DNA of 46,249 nucleotides from Octopus sinensis (GCF_006345805.1 NW_021834955.1:1-46249), one strand, 5' to 3'; shown: positions 25,733-36,969, numbered from the stretch's first letter. Translations and numbers: made by a program. Notes: a model not told the origin generated them from the sequence alone.

Positions 25733-26464
25733 GATCGCCACGGGATTTGAACACAGAACGTAAAGCGGTGGAAAATTCGTTAAGTATTTTGTCGCTTACA
25801 CTAAAGATTCTGCCAGCTTGCGGACAATTATAATAATAGAAATATAAGCGAAAGGATTGGTTCGTTTCTAAGTTAATAATGATTTAAAAAGGATTGCGCA
25901 AGTTACTAACAAGGATATGTCTCTCTTAAAATAAGAATGTTTTCAAAAATTTTCTGACGATTGACGGATCATTCGTTGAGATATTGGCTAACCAGTGATG
26001 ACCAATGATTTGTGTCCGCCCACTTATGCTGAATTTTATCCATAGACAAAGCAGTAATCGATTCACTCACCCTGGCAAGCAGTAACTGGGCATAATTAGT
26101 TGATTTTATAAGCCCTGTAAAACATGGAAGTATAGATTCATTGCAGAATTCTTGATTCACTTTCCACGCCAAAAGTATATGAACGAATATCAGAAGATCT
26201 GCCCACTTCATAGACTTTGGACTGATTCATTAATTAATAATGAAGTCGTGAACTATATTATATGCGTTTGTGATTATTAGCAGTGTTGATTCATTCATAT
26301 TAAAGCAATCATCTCTTGCAACACAAAAAAGTTTTTAACATCATAAAATTTTGCAGAATATGTATAAAATCTAAATAGCTCAACCCCTACACTGTTCGGT
26401 ATACCTCAAGAGAGGTATACCGAACACATGTAGTTCTAAACCTTGGTTGTATATCGTAACCAAT

Positions 26465-26880
26465 AACACACATTGTACAAACAACACTCCGCCCAGGTAT
26501 AGTGATCTTCTCAAATTCCACCAAACAGGTGATCATGTAGGAGCTGACCATGCCCTCGGAGGAACACAATTAGGGAACTCGAGAGGAAGGTTTCCGGGTA
26601 TCAGGAGTTGGTGCAGTAGTGTGGAAATCGGGGCAGACAGATACGTTTTGAAGCAATAGAAGTGAAGAGTCGAGGTTCACTCTACAAAGCTCTGACTGAG
26701 CTCGAAGTTACTGTTGCTGCAAAGAGAGACGGTTAAACATTCCATCACTGAAGCTGTGAAAAAGGCCACTCTAGGGAGCATAGGATAAAAAGGTCAGATC
26801 AGTGACTTGCTGTTACTAAGATGCAAGCTGGGACTTGATCACCTCTGGGTGGATCAACCGGACGGGGTTGCATCTTAAAA
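26465..26880 (+). mobile_element. Hero-type (RLE) non-LTR retrotransposon 3' fragment, decayed
   Basis: TTLRPGIVIFSNSTKQVIM*ELTMPSEE...ERKVSGYQELV...FEAIEVKSRG...SITEAVKKAT resembles the LRPD..ELTVPWEE..ERK..KY..IEVG.RG restriction-like endonuclease. Confidence 0.8.
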
Positions 26881-26902
26881 CTATACACACGCAACACACA
26901 CA

Positions 26903-26950
<48 letters not shown>

Positions 26951-27044
26951 GTATATATTTATGGCTAGACAGATATATAAACAAATAGATAGACATATAC
27001 ATACATATATACATATATTTGTATATATATATATATATATATAT

Positions 27045-27500
27045 AAATTAATTGTTATCGCCATATTAATATGGCAGTCTTATAGATATAAGACTAAAAG
27101 CTGTCGCTGATTAGCTCCATGAGGCCATCGCCTTAAGATAGCTATTTGACACACAAACTGTGTCCATTATAACCTTCGAACATCTATAAGACTACCATAT
27201 TAATATGGCGATAACAATTAATTTCCAGTAACGCTGCCGTAATCTCTTTTAGAGAGACTTAGTAATTTTAATATTTCTATTATTGAAAACAAGTGGATGT
27301 ATTCCACCGAAACTAGGTAAATAAAACCTTCGAACAGAGACGATCAGTGGCGACACCTGCTGGGTCGACTACGCTACATTGACAAAGGGCAAATACCCTG
27401 AAACGCGTCTGTAGCTGTGTGACTGGCAGTGTGAAGCGGCTGACCTCCCTTGTTCGAAGGTTATAATGGACACAGTTTGTGTGTCAAAAAGCTATCTAAG
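27045..27500 (+). mobile_element. Non-coding Penelope-like insert, family P1, copy 2, with a 5' inverted segment
   Basis: 27045-27182 is inverted relative to 27183-27500; homologous to 8829-9140; flanked by (TA)n. Confidence 0.75.
27373..27415 (+). ncRNA. Type I hammerhead-like motif, U3-A8 core variant
   Basis: GCUACA-UUGACAA-AGGG caaaua CCCU-GAAA-CGCG-UC-UGUAGC: perfect helices I and II and a palindromic minimal helix III. Confidence 0.72.
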
Positions 27501-27519
27501 TTAGATAAAGATATATATG

Positions 27520-27568
<49 letters not shown>

Positions 27569-29655
27569 ATATATATATATATATACAGCGAAAGAGGGAG
27601 GGAGGGAGAGAGAGTTTTGAGTTATACTCACCTAATTGTATATATATTATAGGTAAGGCAATATTTAAAACGATTCAAATAATCGTATAGAATTCTAATT
27701 TTATTTATGATTGGAATGCTAAAGAACAGCTGAATTATCCTATATGCGTGTGCTTGTGCATGTATGTGCGCATGTGCGAAGTGGGCTTGTGTAACTATGC
27801 ACACGCATTATAAAATATATATATAAGAAATATATGTGTACATATAAACGTCACTGAGTATATATAGACGTCGCTGTGTATATATCATTGAGTGCGTCTG
27901 TGAGCATTGAAACATATACAACACACAGTCACACGCATATGCACATACACAAACTCATCTATATATATATAAGCACATATATATTTAGGCATATATATGT
28001 ATATGTATATATATGTATATATGTATATATATATATATGTGTGTGTGTGTATACATTGCCAGACACAAACACGTATATATTCATGCTTATGCACATATAT
28101 ATGTGTGTGTGTTACATACACACACACGCATGCATGTACACACATACGCAGACATAAACACACATATATATACAACATATCCTACACGTATACCTATATG
28201 CTTCTGACCGTGTCTGAATGTTTGCGAGTGTGATGATGCGACGTAGGGCTTATTTTAGGCGGAAATGTTAGTAATGGGAGAAGTTACACAATGGATCGTA
28301 GCAATAAAATTTATTGTCGAAAAATAATTGGTACAAAGAAGATTTCGGTATTTGTTATACGTTATTTTTCACATATATTAAATCCCTACAGTAAACAATT
28401 AGATTATAAAATACATAAAAATAGGGAGTACTGTTTTCGTTGGAGAACGAAAGCCTAAAGTCTACTTATATATATATATATATATATACATACATACATA
28501 TGCGCACACACACATATATATATATACATATACATACATACACACACACATATATGTATGTACGCATTTATATGTATAAATACAATAAAGCATACATACA
28601 GAATACAGAGAGAGAGAGAGAGTGGGAGGGAGATGTGTGAGAGAGATTTCGCCCCCTAGTTCTATAATGTTAATTGAATAATATCTATTGAAAAGCAATT
28701 CTTATTGAATATTAACGAAACCCGTTTTGTTACGGTTTTTTCTTCTCTTCTTTTAATTTTTTTTTTTTAGAGAGTATTAATTAGATATTTAATATCTTCG
28801 ACGTTGTTACTCTGTTACAGCCAGCTTTGAATTTCAGTAAAATTTGATAACAAGGGGCATTTTTGCATAATTTTTACACTGTTCATAAATCCACGATGCT
28901 AATTTTACCAGAAACTTTTCCATCAAACACTTTTGAAAGCATAGTTTCAAGTATAATTTCATTTCGCTCTCCTCGGGGTTATTACAGTAACAAACACACA
29001 AAAGTAACACAAAGCCAAACGCAATGGCAGCAAACTCGAAAACAAGCAGCGCCAATATCAATGATAATGTGAATAGTTATATCAGCTAAAATGGCTACCT
29101 TAACAATAAGAATAATGAGACCATAACAACAAAAGAACGAACAATACTAACCACGATTCGTAAACATAAAATATAAAGTGAGGTTTCCATAAACATTAAT
29201 CTGAGCTGTTCATTGGAAAACTGGTAGAAAAAGGAGGTAAAAGAGAGAGCACAAAAATATAAGAAAACAGCTGAAATTGTTTCAATCTAAATAAAGCTTC
29301 GAAGTGCAAATTAAACATACATTTCTCCATGAAATATGAGAAAGTTTAATCAGTAAAGAACACGTAGCGGGCAGGGTATCAATAATGAATGAGGGAGAGG
29401 AAAAGAGTGAGAGAGAGAGAGAAGAAGATAAGAGAGAGAGAGAAGAAGATAAGAGAGAAAGAGAAAATGAAAGTGAGAGGAAGAGAGAAAAAGAGGGAAA
29501 CAGAGGGAGAGAGAGACACTTGAGAATGAAGTGGGAGGCAGGGCGAGTCAAAAGCAGACATATTTACATATACACACATATATACATACACATATAAGAA
29601 GGGCTGAAAAACAATTATGTATGTATATATATATCTATATCTATCTATCTATCTA

Positions 29656-29702
<47 letters not shown>

Positions 29703-29790
29703 ATATATATATATATATATACACATGTGTGTGTGTGTATTTATATAGGCATCTATATATATATATATATACACATATACACATATATAT

Positions 29791-30877
29791 TTGTTTTTTC
29801 GAAAGCTATAATGGAAGTGACAAAGGAGCATATTCGGCATATTTTGCTTTATGAGCTCAATAAAGGCAACAACTCAATGGAAAATGCGAAACACAATATA
29901 GTATATGGGGATTTGTTAATAAGCGTAAGCCAGTGTCAGTGGGGGTTCTAGAAATTCTGAGCCGGAAACTACAGCCTTGAAGACAAGCCTCGTACTGAAA
30001 GATCTGTAGAGCTCGAAGAGGACGTCCTGCAAAACCTGCTGGGATAAAAATCTATCGTAACTTTTGAGGAACTAGTGCAGAAGCTTGGATTTGGTCATTC
30101 AACCATTCATCGATACCTGCGTGCAATCGGAAAAATCAGTAAATTGGGTCAATGTGTTCCTTACAAACTTTCCGAGCCTAATCGTGCGCAGAGAGTGAAT
30201 GTATGCTCTTCTTTGCTGTCACGTCTGATGAATGAGTCTTTTTGGACCGAATAGTGACTGGTGACGAAAAATGGGTTCTCTATAAAAATGTCAAGCGCCG
30301 AGGACAATGGGTAGGAAACGGGGGAAGTATTCACCCATGTAAGGTGTTGTCATCTGTATGATGGGATATGAAAAGTTTAGTTCACATTGAACTTTTCACC
30401 CAAACGGTAACAAAGTAGATCTAGCGAGGGCAGCTTGAGCAGCTTAAGTCAGCACTAACCGTAAAACGACCATATTTGGTTTCCAGACGAAGGATGTTTT
30501 TCCATCAGAATAATGCTCGGCCACATACAGCGAGGATGACATTCCAAAGACTGGAACAGTTTGAATGGGAAACGATGCTCCACCCACCGTATTCACTGGA
30601 CATTGCCCATCTGATTATCAGTTATTCCGCTGTCTTCAAAATCATTTGGACGGAAAAAATATGAATTCTTTAGACGAGATCAGAACAGTAGTGGAGGAAT
30701 ATTTTTCGTCACGGACAAGTGAATTTAGAAAGAGGGGCATTGCAAGTCTTCCAGATAGATAGAAAAGCCTTGTAGAAAATGAAGGAGTGTATATTTTAGA
30801 TTTAAAAAGAAATTTTTTTATCATAATTTATAAAAATAAAAGTATAAAAAGACTGCATTATTTATGGGATGACCCAG
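29791..30877 (+). pseudogene. Decayed mariner (DD34D-type) transposon; 3' TIR present, 5' TIR lost
   Basis: ATG at 29811 MEVTKEHIRHILLYELNKG..., CVPYKL (WVPHEL-like), RIVTGDEKW, HQNNARPHTA, HPPYSLDIA/PSDYQLF; stops and frameshifts; ends GCATTATTTATGGGATGACCCAG|TA. Confidence 0.93.
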
Positions 30878-31371
30878 TATGTTAGGGAATTCACATAAAC
30901 AAACAACTGAAATATCTTCTTCATAAGCGACGGAGAACCGTTTACAAATGAACATGAATTGCAAAATGAGGCGTGCTTCTGTCAATGCCTGAATGGATAT
31001 CGCCAGTAATGAGGTTTTGGATCAGATTTACAATGTTTCATTTGTTCATTTATTTCTGTAAAAAGAACACATTTGTAAATTGGTTCACTCGTAGAATAGA
31101 AATACAGAGCAGATGTTAATATATACAGACAGACAGACAGGCAGACACACACTCATACACACACGCATATGTATAACGAGTGTAGTAGTGGATGCAAGCG
31201 CGCTTATGTGGAACGCAAGAATACCCACAAAAATATATGTATACACATATGTGTATGTAAGGATATACATATACACACCTAAAATCACTCAGTTCATATA
31301 CATACTAAACATATATAACATATAATATATATATATATAGAGTATATATATATATATATACATACAACATC

Positions 31372-31440
<69 letters not shown>

Positions 31441-31959
31441 ATATATATATTATACATATATTTGTGCTATATAGTTACATCTAGTGATATGTAAGTATAT
31501 ATCGGACATGTGTACTGAAAGCAGTAATTGTATGTAAGAATACACCCAAAAAACACTCACATTCACACAAACACTCACTTACGCACGCAAACGCACATAC
31601 TCGCACACACACACACACACTCACGCATGCGCACACGCGCAACACATGCACACATTTATTACTAGAAAACAGTGGAAAAAATTAGGAAATAAATCTGCTG
31701 AACGTGTATAGAACGTAATGATTTTGATTGAGTACTTGATTAGGAAACAATTATTTCTTATTAACCCATTTAAGCAATATATATCTCTATTTCAACTTCC
31801 TGAGCCATATGGTATGACCTCGTAGATCAACTGGGCTTCCGATCTCATTATTATCTAAGATATGCTTATTAACGTACGCGTTACTAAGAGTTATGTATGA
31901 AGACGTGTACATGAATATATGGACGTGTTTCTCTGTTGGACAATCTACTCTTTTTTTAA

Positions 31960-32180
31960 AACTCTTTTACTTGTTTCAGTCATTTAACTGTGGCCATGCT
32001 GGAGCACCACCTTTAGTCGAGCAAATCGACCCCCAGAGCTTATTCTTTGTAAGCCTAGTATTTATTCTATCGGTCTTTTTGGTCGAACCGCTAAGTTACG
32101 GGGACGTAAACACATCAGCATCGGTTGTCAAGCGATGTTGGGGGTGACAAACACAGACACACAAGCATACACACGCACAC

Positions 32181-32239
<59 letters not shown>

Positions 32240-32393
32240 TCTTTGGAAGCCTAGTACTTATTCTATCGGTCTCTTTTGCCGAACCGCTAATTTACGAGGA
32301 ACGTAAAACACATCAGCATCGGTTGTCAAGCGATGTTGGAGGGGACAAACACAGACACACAAACATAATATATATATATATTATATATATATA

Positions 32394-32443
<50 letters not shown>

Positions 32444-32622
32444 TCAATATATATATATACGACGGGCTTCTTTCAGTTTCCGTCTACCAAATCCACTCAG
32501 AAAGCTTTGGTCGGCCCGAGGCTATAGCAGAAGACACTTGCCCAAGGTGCCACGCAGTGGGACTGAACCCGGAACCATGTGGTTGGTAAGCAAGCTACTT
32601 ACCACACAGCCACTCCTTCGCC
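31960..32622 (-). mobile_element. SINE family A with an internal ~120-bp duplication
   Basis: The block ATTCTTTG..AAGCCTAGTA...GACAAACACAGACAC occurs at about 32042 and 32238. Confidence 0.9.
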
Positions 32623-32696
32623 TGTTAGTCTTTTCTTTATGTATGCATACGCACATATATTTATACACTTACATGCGTGTACAAAATTTTTCCTTC

Positions 32697-33088
32697 TGGA
32701 TGGATGGAAGCACTCCGTCGGTTACGACGACGCGGGTTCCGGTTGATCCGATCAACGGAACAGCCTGCTCGTGAAATTAACGTGTAAGTGGCTGAGCACT
32801 CCACAGACACGTGTACCATTAACGTAGTTCTCGGGGATATTCAGCGTGACACAGAGAGTGACAAGGCCGGCCCTTTGAAATACAGGTACAACAGAAACAG
32901 GAAGTAAGAGTGAGAGAAAGTTGTGGTGAAAGAGTACAGCAGGGATCACCACCATCCCCTGCCGGAGCCTCGTGGAGCTTTAGGTGTTTTCGCTCAATAA
33001 ACACTCACAACGCCCGGTCTGGGAATCGAAACCGCGATCCTACGACCGCGACTCCGCTGCCCTAACCACTGGGCCATTGCGCCTCCAC
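32697..33088 (-). mobile_element. SINE family C, tail type 3, (TCCA)n end
   Basis: Head GTGGAGGCGCAATGGCCCAGTGG on the minus strand; probable TSD TTCCTTC. Confidence 0.92.
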
Positions 33089-33435
33089 TTCCTTCCTTCT
33101 ATTGTTTAACCGAAAGGCGCTCTGTTGTGCGTCTTTTAATTCCAGCATTCTTGTATTTCTGTTCCTGTTTCCGTTTTTGTATACAATCGTTTGCCTTTCC
33201 GAGAGGCTTAATGCTTTTAGCTTAAGTCCCTGGAACCCGTCGGATTCGAGTAGTATAGGAGATAAGGGGGGCGAAACATCAAGGACTTACTAGACTCCGA
33301 CTGATGAGGAAATCGGATGCGATTGATCCGTGTATCCTTTTTCCTTCCTGTTTGTCGTTTGTATCGTCTGTTTTTCCGTACGTTGTGTTTTGTTGGTTTC
33401 CGTTTGTGGTATTCTTTCTGTTCTACATTTGATTG

Positions 33436-33438
<3 letters not shown>

Positions 33439-33523
<85 letters not shown>

Positions 33524-33618
33524 TATATATATAATATATATATATATACACACACATATATATATACATACATACATACATATATATATAGTATATATAT
33601 ATATATAATATATATATA
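33439..33618. repeat. (TA)n block
   Basis: Direct observation. Confidence 0.95.
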
Positions 33619-33715
33619 ACGGGAAGCTTTATGAAAATAAACAAAAGACGAAGGAGGTGGAAAACAAACGAACAATTGTATTAGTATGGCGCTCAGGAAA
33701 TATAAATAAAACAAG

Positions 33716-33753
33716 TCTTTAACGTTTCGAGCCTACGCTCTTCAACAGAAAGA
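33716..33753 (-). ncRNA. Minimal hammerhead-like motif with an A6U core change, in a TA-flanked insert (about 33619-33950)
   Basis: UCUUU-CUGUUGA-A-GAGC guag GCUC-GAAA-CG-UU-AAAGA. Confidence 0.55.
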
Positions 33754-34257
33754 TACACAGAGAGAGAAAAACACAGAAAGAAGAGAGAAAAAATATGCGT
33801 GCAGTAGCAACGAATAACATGGCGATCTGATTTCGGCCAGAGGTCAAAGATCAAACATGAGACGCGAGAGCGAAATAGGGGAGATAATAGGTTGATAAAG
33901 GGTGGGGACCAGCTAAAAAGTGCGTGGGAGGGGTTGGTGTGGGATGTATAGTTAGGGTGGTGTATGTATTAGTATATAAGGGTGTGGTGTGTGTGTGTGT
34001 GTGTATGAGAGAGTATTAGTGCGTAAGATTGTCTGGACGTGATATATATATATAATAATAATAATAATAGTAATATAAATAAAAATATATAAATATATGC
34101 ATATATACATACATATATGTATATACCTACATATATATGTATTTATATACATGCATATATGGGTACAGGACATCAAAAAACGTTGGACACAATGAGAAAC
34201 TAAACCATAAAAACAGACAGACAGATAGATAGAAATATAGAAAGACAAATTGACAGG

Positions 34258-34332
<75 letters not shown>

Positions 34333-34483
34333 GTAGGTATGTAGATTGATAGATTCGTGTGTATGTGTATGGAAAATGGTTATATATACAAATTAAGCTA
34401 ATCAGTACGCTAATATTTTCACAGCAGCATTAATTTCGAATGGAAATAGCATTAACTTCACCTTTCTAAACTAGTAACCAATT

Positions 34484-34535
<52 letters not shown>

Positions 34536-34591
34536 TGTGTGTGTGTGTGTGTGTGCATGTGTGCGTGTGTGTGTGCGTGTGTGTGTGAGTG

Positions 34592-34651
<60 letters not shown>
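34258..34651. repeat. (GATA)n at 34258-34332 and (TG)n at 34487-34651
   Basis: Direct observation. Confidence 0.95.
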
Positions 34652-34654
<3 letters not shown>

Positions 34655-34738
34655 CGTCTGTGTATTTGTGTGTTTGTTAATCAAAGTATACATTATTGCA
34701 GATCCGTTACAGCCGATCATAACCCATTTTTCCACACC

Positions 34739-34822
34739 TGCCACCTCTGAAGACCACAGTTACTGGATAACCTTCTAGTTGTGTTATATCCGGTACGAAA
34801 GGAATTCATATTATCGGCGGCA
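34739..34822 (+). ncRNA. Degenerate hammerhead-like motif
   Basis: UGCCACCu-CUGAAGA-ccacagu-UACUGGAUA...UAUCCGGUA-c-GAAA...AUC-GGCGGCA; helix III is poor. Confidence 0.35.
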
Positions 34823-35129
34823 ATGCATATATAATAATGTATAATACACTAAACTCATACACTCATACATTGAATTAAACACCAATTCTATCGAGAAATA
34901 TACGAGTGGCTCTTTTGTTGATTCAAACATGTTTAGAGAATGTACACATATACAGACAGGCACACACGAACACATACACACACACACATACACAAATATA
35001 TATATATATATTTGTATATATATATATATCTATATGTTTACATCTATCTATATATATATATGTGTTTATATGTATATATATATATAAATATGCTTATTTA
35101 TGTGTGTATATGTATATACATATGCATAT

Positions 35130-35179
<50 letters not shown>

Positions 35180-35292
35180 TGTGTGTGTGTGTGTGTGTGT
35201 GTTGTGTGTATGTGTTTGTGTGTGTGTGCGTGTGTGTGTATGTAATGTATGTATATGGTAAATGAAAGACGGAAGATGGAATTTTATTATTA

Positions 35293-35398
35293 ATCACGAC
35301 AATTGTTTCGACACATCTAGCATCGTTCTCATATGAGTGGGACACTTAACAACTGGTTCGGCAGCAACCGGCGGTGCAGATATATCTCATCGGGTGAT
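35293..35398 (-). ncRNA. Type I hammerhead-like motif with an extended helix II (U4C change)
   Basis: AUCAC-CCGAUGA-GAUAUAUCU...AGAUGUGUC-GAAA-CAAUUG-UC-GUGAU. Confidence 0.68.
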
Positions 35399-35819
35399 AA
35401 AAAAATATGTTGAAATAACTGTTTCGCAATGTATCTTCTTATTTCGAAGAAAGAAAAGCAGCAAAATAAAGGAAATATCTTCATTTATACAGAAGATCAA
35501 AAATAAAATGCAAAAATGAAACGAACACGCAGTACAGCAAGAAAAGTATACAGAGCGTGAGATATGCAAACACAGCCCCCTATATACCTCTCTCTCTCTC
35601 TCTCTATCTTTCTCTCTCTCCCTCTCCCTCTCTCTCTCTATATATATATATATATGTATATAAAATATAAATTAGAGATTAAAATCACTATTATGCAACT
35701 ATGCAACTCAAGCAGTGATAGACATAAACCATAAATAAATATATATTTTGTAAAACATAAAACTAGATCTCAAAATGTATAAAAATGAATGATCAATATA
35801 TAATAAGTATTATGCATTA

Positions 35820-35854
<35 letters not shown>

Positions 35855-35911
35855 ACATGTTGATTATGTACGTCTATATAAACATATCTATATGAGATAG
35901 CTAGATTAGAC

Positions 35912-35950
<39 letters not shown>

Positions 35951-36453
35951 CAGAGACAGAGATAGACTGAGATATAAGATTTAGCTGGAACGTACAACTT
36001 GGACATCATGTTTCGGTTAGAGCTTTTCAGATTTCCGAATTAGTCTAAAGTACACAGGAAATTTGATAGTAAACAGATACGACAGCACTGATGTGAAATG
36101 AAGTAAAACAAACTCACGAACACGATTACAAAACCTAAGTTGCATAAACGTCGTATAAATATGTAATAAACGTATTCACATTATATTATTATATTACATA
36201 CTTTTACAGCATTGGCTACAAGATTTCTAAAACCAATTTTTTTTTTTACACAAACACATTGACGCTTATATATATGTATATTATATGTGTATATATATAT
36301 ATATATTTATATACATACACGAATGGTGGACTAGCGAAAGAAGGGCATATATATATGTATAATATATATATATATATATATATATATTATTTATATAGCA
36401 CGTTTAAATATATGTTGTGCAAGATTTTTTATGTGAAGTCGTGTGTTGAACAG

Positions 36454-36516
36454 ATATTGTTATATTTCGGAATATATTTGGCTAAACTGGCAAAATGACC
36501 ATTCCGAAATATAACA

Positions 36517-36520
<4 letters not shown>
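36454..36520. repeat. Perfect 20-bp inverted repeat with a 27-bp spacer
   Basis: ATATTGTTATATTTCGGAAT (36454-36473) / ATTCCGAAATATAACAATAT (36501-36520). Confidence 0.9.
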
Positions 36521-36547
<27 letters not shown>

Positions 36548-36813
36548 ATATAATATATATATATAATATTATATTTGCATTTTATTAGGTTTACATATAC
36601 ATATATGTATGTATATTAGATGTACATATATATATGTGAACATATATCTACACATAGGTACATATATGTTTGTGTGTAGATGTGTGTGAATCTAAGAAGG
36701 AAATTATAATTTTTATTGAACCTCCTGTATTTTCTTTACCCAAAGCTAGGAAGTTCTCAGCACTATCTCATATATATGTATATAATGTATATGTTTGTAT
36801 ATATATGTATGTG

Positions 36814-36865
<52 letters not shown>

Positions 36866-36929
36866 ATATATATACACTTATTAATCCGATATTACTATTA
36901 AAGCGATCTCAAGATATACTTTTATTTTG

Positions 36930-36969
<40 letters not shown>

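Noticed and set aside
29811-30803. Functional or domesticated mariner transposase
   Set aside because: Multiple stops and frameshifts, the second catalytic Asp reads Asn, and the 5' TIR is missing.
33220-33335. Hammerhead around CTGATGA at 33301
   Set aside because: TCCGA-CTGATGA-G-GAAA-TCGGA lacks helix II and a UH site in any topology I could build; at most a decayed relic.
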